A DNA stretch of 32,000 bases from Ignicoccus hospitalis KIN4/I (GTDB lineage Archaea; Thermoproteota; Thermoprotei_A; Sulfolobales; Ignicoccaceae). This document shows positions 12,698-21,184 of this stretch, one piece after another. Both the position numbers and the translations under genes were made by a program. The stretch's first letter is position 1. Each line of letters begins with the position of its first letter. Location of the stretch: positions 120,001 to 152,000 of the forward strand of contig NC_009776.1 of NCBI RefSeq assembly GCF_000017945.1, in the 5' to 3' direction. The notes beneath the pieces are model-generated. The model ran no database searches. It was not told the origin of the DNA and saw only the letters and a list, made by a program, of their open reading frames with translations.

Positions 12698-13465
12698 ATG
12701 GACGTGTTGTTAGCGATGGCATATAGGCAACTGAAAAAGTTCTTGAGAGCAAGGGCCAGAGTGCTGTCAATGCTAACCATGCCGCTGTTCTGGGTGCTCT
12801 TCTTCGGAGTGGGGTGGGCGTCCAGCATGAACTTCCCTGGGATCGAGCTGATCCTAGGTACCGACTACTTAAGCTTCATGTTGCCTGGAGTAATAGCTAT
12901 GACGGTGTTCACTTCCGGACTTATGTCCGGCGCGTCCGTCATATGGGACAGGCAGCTCGGCTTCCTCAAGGAGGTCCTAGTAGCCCCGACCTCCAAGCTG
13001 GAGGCAGTGCTAGGGAGGATCTTGGGTGACTCGTTGGTGGCCTCGCTCCAAGGTTCCGTAATGCTCCTAATAGGCTACTTGATAGCCACGAACATGTACC
13101 TCTCTGGCGCTCTCCCAGCAATCATAATAATGTTCATGACGGCTATGGGCTTCAGCGCGTTAGGAGTGACCATGGCTTCTTTGAGGCACGTAAAGTCCGT
13201 TGAAGGCTTCTTCGCTATGGTGAATTTGCTCATGATGCCGGCCATATTCGCTTCTGGCGCCTTCTTCCCACTAAACAACTTACCGGACTGGTTCTGGATC
13301 ATAAGCTACACGGACCCCTTGACTTACAGCGTAGACTTAATGCGGTACTTCTTGGTAGGCGTGAACAAGTTCGAGCCTCTGAAGGACCTCTGCGCCCTAC
13401 TGGTATTCGACGCGTCGGCGCTGCTGTTAGCGACTAAGCTGTTTGAGCGCTCGGACGTGGAGTGA
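12698..13465 (+). CDS. ABC-2 type transporter permease
   Basis: The gene starts 4 nt after the ATPase gene. The 255-aa product has about 6 hydrophobic segments and the usual ABC-2 architecture (LRARARVLSMLTMPLFWVLFF...). Confidence 0.8.
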   Translation: MDVLLAMAYRQLKKFLRARARVLSMLTMPLFWVLFFGVGWASSMNFPGIELILGTDYLSFMLPGVIAMTVFTSGLMSGASVIWDRQLGFLKEVLVAPTSKLEAVLGRILGDSLVASLQGSVMLLIGYLIATNMYLSGALPAIIIMFMTAMGFSALGVTMASLRHVKSVEGFFAMVNLLMMPAIFASGAFFPLNNLPDWFWIISYTDPLTYSVDLMRYFLVGVNKFEPLKDLCALLVFDASALLLATKLFERSDVE

Positions 13466-13483
13466 GGTTTTTGACTCCCACTT

Positions 13484-13795
13484 ATGGGCAGCGTGGGGTC
13501 TCGGAAGGTGGCTGAGGACGAGGGGATCGTCCTAGTAGTTAGGATAGGTGAGGGGGAAAACGCGAAAGAAATAGAGCTCACTGAGGAAGTACTAAGGAAG
13601 GTAAGGGTCTATCTGAGGACCGAGTACAGCTTGGAGAAGCTCGCCGAGGAGCTAGGCCTCGACGGTTGGGAGGAGGCATACGAGTTCGTGAAGAAGATGC
13701 CGGCCTGGCTGGTCTGGATACCCCCGACCTTGCTTAGGTACAAGATGAAGATGATTGAAGAAAAGCTGAAGAATAACGAACTCCAGTTAAAGTAG
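13484..13795 (+). CDS. Hypothetical protein (103 aa)
   Basis: The ATG ORF has composition typical of this genome (EIELTEEVLRKVRVYLRTEYSLEKLAEELGL...). I recognise no family. Confidence 0.5.
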   Translation: MGSVGSRKVAEDEGIVLVVRIGEGENAKEIELTEEVLRKVRVYLRTEYSLEKLAEELGLDGWEEAYEFVKKMPAWLVWIPPTLLRYKMKMIEEKLKNNELQLK

Positions 13796-13808
13796 CGGTG
13801 ACCGTGAG

Positions 13809-14159
13809 ATGAAAGTTTTTGTCGGAGGGGAGGAGAGGGAGGTCGACTGTGAGGGGCTTCCGGAGGCCCTCCCCCGTTCCGGCGAATTCGAGGTCAAGGG
13901 CGACCCCCTGGAGTTGGAGAAGTGTTGGCGACTTACCTTGTGGAGGTTGAGGGGGGAAAAGTACGTCCTCTCGTGGGACGTGGAGCCCGGCCACCTAAAG
14001 GGTTTGGTCATTTTGCGGGCCTCGAGGCCTCCCAAAGTAAGGAGAACTCCCTCAAGAGCTCGTGGGCGCCCTCGCGGTAAACGTTCGCGAGGCAGCGAGA
14101 AGAGGAGAGGCGACACTCGGAAGAGAAGCCGCGCTTCCCGTCAACGACGACGAGGGTAG
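13809..14159 (+). CDS. Hypothetical small protein with an Arg/Lys-rich C-terminal tail
   Basis: The ATG is preceded by GGTGA (13797-13801), a Shine-Dalgarno-like match, with a 7-nt spacer. The first ~75 aa look protein-like (MKVFVGGEEREVDCEGLPEALPRSGEFEVKGDPLELEKC...). The last ~40 aa are Arg-rich and lie antisense to the 3' end of 14008-14865. Confidence 0.4.
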   Translation: MKVFVGGEEREVDCEGLPEALPRSGEFEVKGDPLELEKCWRLTLWRLRGEKYVLSWDVEPGHLKGLVILRASRPPKVRRTPSRARGRPRGKRSRGSEKRRGDTRKRSRASRQRRRG

Positions 14160-14865
14160 AGGGGAGCGCGTCCACGGTCCTAACCTCCACGTTCCCCGCA
14201 TTTTTGTTCTTAGGCATGAAAGTTTTGATCAGCAGCTCGATGAATGAAGTAGCGCACGAGGCCTTCAAGACCCACGGGATAAAGGTGTAGGCGAAGTACT
14301 CTCGCCACCAATAGAGCTCGGCGAGGAGCAGAGCGTAGGAGGCGGGCAACGAGGAGCCTATGATTACTCCCAGCAGCGAGTACGGGGTGAGCGCGGCGTT
14401 CAGGTGGGAGGGGAGGAACAAGGACGCAGCTAACAGTGGCAACCTTATGACCGTGCCTTTCATTAGACCTTTGGTTATACACTTAGAGGTCCTCAGGCCC
14501 CAGAACTTCAAGACCTCGCAGCTCTCGTCCGCAGTTATGATCTTCACGCTCACGCCGCTTTCGCTCTTCCTCTTGAGGGCCCTCAGCACCTTATGCGGAA
14601 ACTTTTCCGAGGCTACGTAGATCTCCCTCTCGGCGACCTCTATGAGGGCGAGGGTCGCCTCTTCCAAGTTTATCTTCTCTAGCTGTCTTTCTATTCTATG
14701 TTGTGCTGGGGACCTTTCGCGCTCGAAATAAGGGAGCAACAGAGCCTCGCGTCTGGGGAAAAGGGGTCTCTGTCCTGGACCCCTCGGGAGCGGGGCCTTC
14801 TTCGGGGCCCTCGGGAGGTCGTTGGTAACCTTCACCGAGGGCAACATAAAGCCGAGGTCGGCCAA
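14008..14865 (-). CDS. Hypothetical membrane protein (soluble N-terminal domain, about 3 TM helices, soluble C-terminal domain)
   Basis: The 285-aa ORF starts at TTG 14865. Hydrophobic stretches are LPLLAASLFLPSHL, LLGVIIGSSLPASYALLLAELYWW and YTFIPWVL. The flanking segments EIYVASEKFPHKVLRALKRKSESGVSVKIITAD and LVVVDGKRGFSS faintly resemble PLD-like repeat scaffolds, but there is no HKD motif. The start is uncertain (see findings). Confidence 0.55.
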   Translation of the reverse strand: MADLGFMLPSVKVTNDLPRAPKKAPLPRGPGQRPLFPRREALLLPYFERERSPAQHRIERQLEKINLEEATLALIEVAEREIYVASEKFPHKVLRALKRKSESGVSVKIITADESCEVLKFWGLRTSKCITKGLMKGTVIRLPLLAASLFLPSHLNAALTPYSLLGVIIGSSLPASYALLLAELYWWREYFAYTFIPWVLKASCATSFIELLIKTFMPKNKNAGNVEVRTVDALPSTLVVVDGKRGFSSECRLSSSRCLANVYREGAHELLREFSLLWEASRPAK

Positions 14866-15274
14866 GTATTTGATTACGATCTTTCGCTTGTCTTCGGAGA
14901 ACTCCTCTGTGAGTATTACCTTCGCAGTTTCCTTATCGCCGGCCTTTAAAGCTAATATAGCATTCTCTAAGGCCCTTTTCTCTCTTTCGTTGAGGTCTTC
15001 TATACTGGTTATGCTGGACCCCTAGTCGGACGGGTGAGGCGTAAGTATTATGCTAGCGCCCTCTCTCGTTTGTACCCTCGCCGGCGGAGGGAGGGGCTCC
15101 GGGAGCTATGCCTTAAACTTTGTGGGACCTTGGGTGGGGTTGAAGTTTTGGAACGATATGTAAACTGAAGCTCGAGGTCCCTAAAGGGCCTCGCTTGAGG
15201 GACCCGCTAGAAATGAAGTTCCCGCACGAGAGGGTTTTGGAAGAAGGGCAAAAACCCTTTGAAGAGGAGCTGGC

Positions 15275-18200
15275 GTGGGGGACTTCGTGGAAGACTTCGT
15301 CCGCTACCTCAAAGAGATAGCGGCCAAGTGGAGGGAAGAGTGGGAAAGGGCGAGGCTACACGAAGCGGACGTGGACCCTAACAGGCCCAAGTTTTACGTA
15401 ACTGCCGCCTTCCCCTACCCGAACAGTCCTATGCACTTAGGCCACTCGAGAACCTACAGCGTCACGGACGCGTACGCGCGTTTCAAGAGGATGAGGGGAT
15501 TTAACGTACTGTTCCCAATGGGATTCCACTACACCGGTACACCCATAATAGCTATGAGCGAGAAGGTAAAACAAGGGCTCCAAGCTCTTAGGAGCTTAGG
15601 GGAAGTCAAGACCATTCTGGAAGAAATTTGGAAGATCAAGGTAGAGAGGAACTTGTCGATAGGAGAGGCAATCAAGGAATACTTGAGGGGGGCGGGCCGC
15701 GAGGACTTGATGGACAAAACAGACTCGATAGAATACTTGGTACTCTTCTATAAGGTCTTCGAAATACCGGTGGAGGACTTAGAGAAGCTGACTGAGCCGC
15801 TTTCCATGGCAAACTACTTCGCTTCCATTACTGAGGAAGGTATGAAAGAGCTCGGATATATGATAGACTGGAGGCGCAAGTTCACTACGGTCGACCCCGA
15901 CTTCCAGAAGTTCATTACGTGGCAGTTCTTGAAACTCTACGACTTAGGTTACGTAGAGAAGGGGACGCACCCGGTCGCGTGGGACCCGGTCTACGACACT
16001 CCGGTCTCCCAGCACGACACCAAGGGAGACGTGGAGCCGGAAATTGAGGAGTACGACGTGATTCTATTCAAGTTGAAAGACGAGGACTTGTACCTGCCGG
16101 CGGCCACTCTGAGGGCTGAGACCGTCTTCGGGGTTACCAACGTTTGGCTGAACCCCGAGGCGGAGTACGAAGTAGTCGAAGTGGACGGCAAGAGGTGGGT
16201 GCTGAGCAAGAAGGCAGCTTACAAGATAAAGTTCCAAAAGGACGAGGTCAAGTCCCTCGGCCCCATAGATCCTAAGAAACTGCTCAAGAAAATGGTAATC
16301 AACCCGGCGACGGAGGAGGAGGTCCCGGTCCTCCCGGCGAGGTTCGTCGACCCCAACGTGGCCACGGGAGTGGTGATGAGCGTTCCTGCACACGCCCCCT
16401 TCGATTACGTAGCGTTGAAGGAGTTAGAAGGGGATCCCGAGTATTCAGACATAGTCAAGTCGATAGAATTAGTTCAAGTGATTAGGGTCCCGGAGGAGGG
16501 CTTACTAGTCCCCCAGTTGGTAGAGAAGCTCGGTATTAGGGACACTAGCGACAAGAAGAAGTTAGAGGAGGCGACGAGGGAGGTATACTCGAAGGAGTAT
16601 AGGAAGGGAAGGATGTTGGAAAGCGTCTTGGAGAGGGTCAAGGGAGACGAGAGGCTTCGGGCGGCCCTAAAGGCCTTCTTGGGCAACGACCCGGTCCCGG
16701 ACGCCAGGGAGAAGACGGCTAAGTGGCTGAAGCTGTTCGGCGCCGGCGACGTCTTCTACGAGATCAAGAACGCCCCGGTCTACTCTAGGTTCGGCAACGA
16801 GGTGGTAGTGAAGGTACTCAAGGACCAGTGGTTCTTGAACTACGGCGACCCCCAGTGGAAGGAGTTGGCTCGGAAGGCCTTGGCTAGGATGAGGATAATT
16901 CCGGAGAACTTCTTGAAGGAGTTCGAAGACACCATAGACTGGTTGCAAAAGAGGGCTTGTGCGAGGACTAGGGGCCTGGGAACGCCCCTGCCGTGGGACA
17001 AGAGGTGGATCATAGAGAGCTTGAGCGATTCTACGATATACATGGCTTTCTATACTGTCGTCAACATACTTAGGGGCGCGTCGGTGGAGCCGGAGAAGCT
17101 CCAACCCGAGGTGTGGGACTACATAATGTTGGGTAAGGGCAATCCTAAGGAACTGGAGGAGAAGTACGGGATAAGTGCGGCCGTTCTGGAGGAGGCTAGG
17201 AGAAGCTTCGACTACTGGTACCCGGTGGACTCCCGTCACTCGGGGAAGGACTTGATAAGGAACCACCTCACGTTCTTCATATTCAACCATGCTGCGATAT
17301 TCCCAGAGGACAAGTGGCCCCGCCAGATAGTGGTCAACGGCTTCGTGAACTTGGAAGGCAAGAAGATGAGCAAGAGCTTGGGGAACATAATACCGATAAC
17401 GGTAGCCATAAGGAGCTTCGCTCCGGACATAATAAGGTTAGTGTTACTACACTCGGCCGAGTTGGGCAGCGACGCGGACTTCCGCACCGAGATGGTGTCC
17501 AGAGCGATTAGTAACCTCAGAGAGATTAAGTCGATAGTGGAAAAGGTTAAGGATTACAACGGCCCTCGCCCCGCCAACTTGACGATGCTGGACGCTTGGT
17601 ACTTAAGCTCATTCGTCAAGGACGTGGAAAACGTTACGAACATGATGGAAGATCTGAAGATTAGGGAAGTAACGAATGTATTATACTTCATACTGCTGAA
17701 TAGGACGAAGGAGTACCTCAACGCCCTGGAAGCGATGGGCAGGGGGCTGGACGAGGTCGCCAAGTGGGTCTTGAGGTATACGGTGGAGAGGTGGGTGAAG
17801 ATGATGACGCCCTTCACGCCGTTCTTCGCGGAGGAAATGTGGCACGAGTTGGGCTTTAACACCTTCGTGGTGACGGAGCCTTGGCCGGTAAAGGACGAAG
17901 AGCTGGTGAACCCGTTGGCAGAGGCCGCCAAGGAGTACGTAGAGAAGGTGATTGAGGACATCAAAGAAATAATTAAGGTTGCTAAAATTGAGAAACCCAA
18001 GAAGGTGAGGATAGAGGTAGCGTCGCCGGAGCAAGTGAAGATGTTGAAAATGGCAGTGGAGTTCGTAAATAGCGGAAAGAGCTTAAGGGAGTTTATGGCA
18101 GAGGCGACGAAGGTGTTCGGCAAGAAAGAGGCTAAGAGCTTGAGACAAGCGTTCGAGAGGGCAACTTCACTGAGCGAGAGCATGAGAAGCGTCATAGCCA

Positions 18201-18343
18201 GAGGCGAGTTCGACGAGAAGGCTGTCTTGGAGGAGTTCAAGAGGTTGATAGAAGAGGAAGTGGGGAGTGAGGTAGAGATAAGGCGCTACGAGGGCGGGAA
18301 GAAGCGCCCCGAGCCCCTGAGGCCAGCCATTTACGTGGAATAA
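15275..18343 (+). CDS. leuS: Leucyl-tRNA synthetase, archaeal type
   Basis: The HIGH-type motif is PMHLGHSRTY and the KMSKS motif is GKKMSKSLGN. The long editing (CP1) insertion and the overall 1022-aa architecture are typical of archaeal LeuRS. The start is GTG. Confidence 0.95.
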   Translation: MGDFVEDFVRYLKEIAAKWREEWERARLHEADVDPNRPKFYVTAAFPYPNSPMHLGHSRTYSVTDAYARFKRMRGFNVLFPMGFHYTGTPIIAMSEKVKQGLQALRSLGEVKTILEEIWKIKVERNLSIGEAIKEYLRGAGREDLMDKTDSIEYLVLFYKVFEIPVEDLEKLTEPLSMANYFASITEEGMKELGYMIDWRRKFTTVDPDFQKFITWQFLKLYDLGYVEKGTHPVAWDPVYDTPVSQHDTKGDVEPEIEEYDVILFKLKDEDLYLPAATLRAETVFGVTNVWLNPEAEYEVVEVDGKRWVLSKKAAYKIKFQKDEVKSLGPIDPKKLLKKMVINPATEEEVPVLPARFVDPNVATGVVMSVPAHAPFDYVALKELEGDPEYSDIVKSIELVQVIRVPEEGLLVPQLVEKLGIRDTSDKKKLEEATREVYSKEYRKGRMLESVLERVKGDERLRAALKAFLGNDPVPDAREKTAKWLKLFGAGDVFYEIKNAPVYSRFGNEVVVKVLKDQWFLNYGDPQWKELARKALARMRIIPENFLKEFEDTIDWLQKRACARTRGLGTPLPWDKRWIIESLSDSTIYMAFYTVVNILRGASVEPEKLQPEVWDYIMLGKGNPKELEEKYGISAAVLEEARRSFDYWYPVDSRHSGKDLIRNHLTFFIFNHAAIFPEDKWPRQIVVNGFVNLEGKKMSKSLGNIIPITVAIRSFAPDIIRLVLLHSAELGSDADFRTEMVSRAISNLREIKSIVEKVKDYNGPRPANLTMLDAWYLSSFVKDVENVTNMMEDLKIREVTNVLYFILLNRTKEYLNALEAMGRGLDEVAKWVLRYTVERWVKMMTPFTPFFAEEMWHELGFNTFVVTEPWPVKDEELVNPLAEAAKEYVEKVIEDIKEIIKVAKIEKPKKVRIEVASPEQVKMLKMAVEFVNSGKSLREFMAEATKVFGKKEAKSLRQAFERATSLSESMRSVIARGEFDEKAVLEEFKRLIEEEVGSEVEIRRYEGGKKRPEPLRPAIYVE

Positions 18344-18353
18344 ATTATAGCTC

Positions 18354-18380
18354 TTCGCCCCTGCCTACAGCCGGGGCGAA
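18354..18380 (+). repeat. Perfect 8-bp inverted repeat (TTCGCCCC-11 nt-GGGGCGAA) between leuS and rpoK
   Basis: The repeat begins 11 nt after the leuS stop (TAA 18341-18343) and ends 2 nt before the rpoK TTG (18383). It would form a GC-rich hairpin in a leuS-rpoK transcript. Confidence 0.5.
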
Positions 18381-18382
18381 CC

Positions 18383-18676
18383 TTGAGCGAGGAGTGTAAA
18401 ATAGAATTGGGCCCCCCTCACTTGACCAAGTTTGAAAGGGCCGTCATAGTAGGCGTCAGGGCCCTCCAGCTATCGATAGGCGCTCCGCCGTTGATAGACA
18501 TATCCAAGTTGCCTAAGAGGGATGCCCTTATAATAGCGAGGGAAGAGTTGAGGCGGGGCCTGCTCCCAATAACCGTGAAGAGGAGGACGCAGAGCGGCAA
18601 GGAGGTGTTAGTACCTCTTGACTGCTTACTTAAGAAAGAGAAAGAAGTCTTCGGAGAGGTACCGAAGCTCATGTGA
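18383..18676 (+). CDS. rpoK: DNA-directed RNA polymerase subunit K (Rpo6 / RPB6 / omega homolog)
   Basis: LTKFERAVIVGVRALQLSIGAPPLI...ALIIAREELRRGLLPITVKR is the conserved RpoK/RPB6 core. The start is TTG. Confidence 0.85.
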   Translation: MSEECKIELGPPHLTKFERAVIVGVRALQLSIGAPPLIDISKLPKRDALIIAREELRRGLLPITVKRRTQSGKEVLVPLDCLLKKEKEVFGEVPKLM

Positions 18677-18767
18677 GTACTTGGCCTCTGACGGTTACCT
18701 CTTAGTCACGCGGCGGGACGCTTGTGGGTGTGAGGGCTACGGCGAGTCCGCCGGCCCGTTCGTGGTT

Positions 18768-19523
18768 ATGAAGAGGCTTGAAACTAAGAACAGCGCGCAT
18801 GTTACCTTAATTTCCATAGCGTTCTTGGCCGCGCTGGCGGTCGCTTACTCCAAGGCGCTCTCGTCAATTAGCACAATAACCTTCGAGACGGCCTTTTTGG
18901 GCTACTTGGGTACGTTGCTGTTGTTAGCGGGCTTTCAGTCCACGCTCAGTTCGCTCATAGCTAGGCTGATGGGTGCGTCGTTGAACGTGACGTGGGTCGT
19001 TGTTCCCTCGCCCTTGCCCTCCCTGTTGCCCTTGTTCACGGCCGAGAGGGCGTTCTGCCGGAGGGGCGACTTCCAGCTCGCCGTGGCCCTCCCCCTCTTG
19101 GCTTCCATGCTCTTGGCGGCCATTCTGTCGCATACCTTGGCGTTCCACGCGTACCCGAAGGGCAAGCCGCAAGTGCTGGAGTCCGTCCCGTTGGCGCTCG
19201 CCGACGCGCCCTCGGGGCCGGTGCAACTGGCCGCACTCGCCTACGCCCTTTCGGCTCTCTTCCAGCTCACCGGCTACCCGTATTCCCCTTCTTGGCCCCT
19301 CTTGGGCCGTTCCAATGCGCTCTTCCCCCTCTCGGTAGGCGTCGCCTTGTCGGTCGACAGACCGGTCTTGGGAGAGCTCTTGGGCGGTTACGTCCTAATG
19401 GCTACCCTGTTCTCCGCCTTCGTTAGGGAGAGGGCCCAGTGGAAGGACCCGTTCTCTAGGACGAGTGTAGTGGCTCTTGCCTCAACCTTGATAACTTTAT
19501 TCCTTGTCGTTCCGGTGGGGTAA
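18768..19523 (+). CDS. Hypothetical polytopic membrane protein (Ala/Leu/Pro-rich)
   Basis: From ATG 18768 the product begins MKRLETKNSAHVTLISIAFLAALAVAY... and has about 7 hydrophobic segments. The ORF is open from 18618, but that part overlaps rpoK. The gene ends 5 nt before the signal peptidase gene. Confidence 0.55.
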   Translation: MKRLETKNSAHVTLISIAFLAALAVAYSKALSSISTITFETAFLGYLGTLLLLAGFQSTLSSLIARLMGASLNVTWVVVPSPLPSLLPLFTAERAFCRRGDFQLAVALPLLASMLLAAILSHTLAFHAYPKGKPQVLESVPLALADAPSGPVQLAALAYALSALFQLTGYPYSPSWPLLGRSNALFPLSVGVALSVDRPVLGELLGGYVLMATLFSAFVRERAQWKDPFSRTSVVALASTLITLFLVVPVG

Positions 19524-19528
19524 GTACG

Positions 19529-20017
19529 TTGAACAAGGCGAAGAAGGAAGCTATTGAATGGATAAAGGCTATAATAGAGGCTATTATAATACTTACAGTG
19601 CTTAAGTTCCTCCTCAAGACGAACGTCCCCTTGGCCGCCGTGGCCTCCGGCAGCATGTTGCCTACCTTGGAAAGGGGAGACCTAGTGATAGTTCGGGGGG
19701 TAGCTCCGGACGACGTGAGCGTCGGTGACATAATAGTGTACAAGTCTTGCCAAGGTCCGTTAATAATACACCGCGTCATTAAGGTAGTAAAAGTAGGTTC
19801 GCAATATTATTACGTTACGAAGGGCGATAACAACCCCGACAGCGACTACTTCTTGGGACAGTTCGTCGACTGTAGGACCGGGCGACCCCTTCCCGGCGTG
19901 CCCTACGAGAGGGTGGAGGGCGAGGTCCTCGAAACGTTCGGTTATACAATCAAAGTCCCTTACTTAGGCTACGTCGCGCTGTTCGCGTTCCCGTTCCTCT
20001 GGTGGGTGTCGCGCTGA
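19529..20017 (+). CDS. Signal peptidase I, archaeal/ER Sec11 type (S26B)
   Basis: An N-terminal TM is followed by the catalytic Ser box AVASGSMLPTLERGDLVIV, the His box IIHRV and the conserved TKGDNN. The start is TTG. Confidence 0.8.
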   Translation: MNKAKKEAIEWIKAIIEAIIILTVLKFLLKTNVPLAAVASGSMLPTLERGDLVIVRGVAPDDVSVGDIIVYKSCQGPLIIHRVIKVVKVGSQYYYVTKGDNNPDSDYFLGQFVDCRTGRPLPGVPYERVEGEVLETFGYTIKVPYLGYVALFAFPFLWWVSR

Positions 20018-20505
20018 AAGAGCGCCATTATCCTTCCGATCAGGCTCGCGTCCTTCGAGTCCTCTTGGCATTTGAGCATCTTCTCCGCGAGTTTGGTTAC
20101 CGTCTCCCTCTCGGGCTCAACGATCTGTTTGCACAGCTCTTCGCTCTTCCACTTGTTCCACAGCTTGGAGGCCCTCAGCACCTTTCTGTAGGTCTCACAG
20201 CTCTCGCAAGTGTCTTTGAGCTTGTCTAGGTTCTTATCTATCCACCTTTCTATATACTTAACGCTTTCGTTGAGCTTCTTCATAACCAAAACTACGTTCA
20301 TTAGAACTTCGTTAAGCGCCTCGAGCTTCCATTGGGCCTTCTTAACGTCCTCGCACATATCTATGCCGCTTTCCATGAACCTCATGTAATTTGTGAAAGT
20401 CTTTAAAATATCGCTATACATAATGACTTTGTTCAAATTGACGACGAGGCCGCTGAGCTCGTCCTCCGGTATGAGGTTCCTCGCCTCTTCTATCTCGCTG
20501 TGCAT
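19969..20505 (-). CDS. Hypothetical all-helical protein
   Basis: From ATG 20505 the product begins MHSEIEEARNLIPEDELSGLVVNLNKV.... The ORF also has an ATG at 20610, which would overlap pdxT by 29 nt and add a Pro/Arg-rich N-terminus that looks non-native. The 3' end overlaps the convergent signal peptidase gene by 49 nt. I recognise no family. Confidence 0.5.
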   Translation of the reverse strand: MHSEIEEARNLIPEDELSGLVVNLNKVIMYSDILKTFTNYMRFMESGIDMCEDVKKAQWKLEALNEVLMNVVLVMKKLNESVKYIERWIDKNLDKLKDTCESCETYRKVLRASKLWNKWKSEELCKQIVEPERETVTKLAEKMLKCQEDSKDASLIGRIMALFQRDTHQRNGNANSAT

Positions 20506-20581
20506 TTCGATTAGAGGTGTGGGCAGGCGCGGCACCGGCCCCACGTGTGGGTGCTCGAGGCTGACCTTATATGGACGGGGC

Positions 20582-21184
20582 TCACGAGGCCTCAGATAAC
20601 AACATCTCATGAATCCTGGTGTCGCTCGTTAGTTCGGGATGGAAGGACGTGGCTATTATGTTGCCTTGCTTTACCATCACTGCGTTCCCCTTGAACTCGC
20701 CCAACACCTCCACGGCGGGGCTTAGGGGGACCATCACGGGGGCCCTTATGAACACTCCCCTGAACGTCCCTATTCCCTTTATGTTCAAGTTGGCCTCGAA
20801 GCTCTCCCTCTGCCTCCCAAAGAAGTTCCTAACTACCTTAAAGTCCGCGACCCCCAACAAGGGCTCGTAGCGCTTGCCGCTCTGCTTGTCTTCTATCTCC
20901 CTCGCCAACAGTGCGGCGCCGGCGCACGTCCCGAGCGCCGGCAAGCCCTCGAGGAGGGCCTCCTTGAGGCGCTTGTCCAAGCCAGTCCTCTTACCTAACT
21001 TGTACATGGCGGTGCTTTCCCCTCCGGGCAGCACTATCGCCCTCAAGGAGTTCAAGTGCTCCGGCTTCCTAACTTCCACCACTTCCACTTCTTTGCCCAA
21101 CCTCTTGGCGGCTTCCCTTATCATGTAGATGTGTTCGACCACGCCGCCTTGAAGCGCCAAGACGCCGACCTTCAACTCACTCAC
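20582..21184 (-). CDS. pdxT: Pyridoxal 5'-phosphate synthase, glutaminase subunit
   Basis: [13 protein letters not shown]..., [14 protein letters not shown] (catalytic Cys) and [10 protein letters not shown] are the PdxT/SNO family motifs. The gene overlaps pdxS by 8 nt. Confidence 0.9.
   Translation of the reverse strand: MSELKVGVLALQGGVVEHIYMIREAAKRLGKEVEVVEVRKPEHLNSLRAIVLPGGESTAMYKLGKRTGLDKRLKEALLEGLPALGTCAGAALLAREIEDKQSGKRYEPLLGVADFKVVRNFFGRQRESFEANLNIKGIGTFRGVFIRAPVMVPLSPAVEVLGEFKGNAVMVKQGNIIATSFHPELTSDTRIHEMLLSEAS

Noticed and set aside
15213-15320. 35-codon upstream ORF (ATG 15213) overlapping the leuS start in another frame
   Set aside because: It is very short and has no recognisable features. 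It is more likely part of the leuS 5' region, and leader-peptide logic is not established for archaeal leuS.
15529-18240. Long antisense ORFs within leuS (for example 16667-17290, 207 aa, and 17554-18240, 228 aa)
   Set aside because: They are shadow ORFs opposite a very confidently identified gene. Their Ser/Leu/Thr-rich or Arg/Pro/Val-rich compositions are unlike native proteins here.
18924-19426. Multiple overlapping ORFs (18924-19226, 18935-19165, 18992-19426, 19000-19338, 19036-19236)
   Set aside because: They are Arg/Pro/Gly-rich products of stop-codon depletion in a GC-rich patch. Only the frame encoding a coherent polytopic membrane protein (18768-19523) is plausible.
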